64,000 nucleotides of DNA from Octopus sinensis. Lineage: Eukaryota. Made by a program: the position numbers and the translations under genes. Below, in pieces: positions 63,901 to 64,000 of this stretch. The stretch's first letter is position 1, and every line of letters begins with the position of its first letter. Below the pieces are notes generated by a model. It searched no databases. It saw nothing but the letters and a program-made list of their open reading frames with translations, and had not been told where the DNA came from. The stretch covers positions 132,804,001 through 132,868,000 of the forward strand of contig NC_043000.1 of the NCBI RefSeq assembly GCF_006345805.1. The letters run 5' to 3'.

Positions 63901-64000
63901 AACGATGAAGAAACTGAAAATACCAAGCAGGATTCAAAAGCCTAATCAAGTTTAGTGTTGTTGCCATCATTGTTTGTCACTGTCTTACCCAATAGCATTA

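Noticed and set aside
63631-63955. Asp/Gly-rich and Met/Val-rich ORFs
   Set aside because: Translations of a (GAT/GGT)n low-complexity tract

Overview
AT-rich, microsatellite- and SINE-dense eukaryotic DNA. The repeat families point to an octopus (coleoid cephalopod) genome; this is inference from recalled sequence, not a database match. One gene is well supported: a minus-strand, spliced SOCS-box protein. Exon 20049-19844 splices in phase to exon 11152-10026, giving about 424 aa that start MGADESK (N-myristoylation consensus) and end in a BC-box/LPLP Cul5-box. Two more candidate minus-strand exons (45414-45241, 39709-39579) and one plus-strand terminal exon (1600-1712) may belong to neighbouring genes. 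Most long ORFs in the track are artefacts of SINEs or low-complexity DNA. Mobile DNA includes four tRNA- or LINE-tail SINE families, RTE/RTE-X and R4/Dong-type LINE remnants, mariner, pogo, hAT and piggyBac-type MITEs, and Helitron and Helentron-type non-autonomous elements. The most notable signal is a set of Penelope-like (PLE) remnants from several unrelated families that carry minimal type-I hammerhead ribozyme folds in head-to-head inverted arrangements. Three near-intact hammerheads and a PLE RT fragment lie in the SOCS-gene intron (15.0-17.5 kb). A 365-bp element at 58.5 kb combines a tRNA head with a hammerhead-bearing tail and has a 15-bp TSD. Ribozyme activity and expression are untested predictions.
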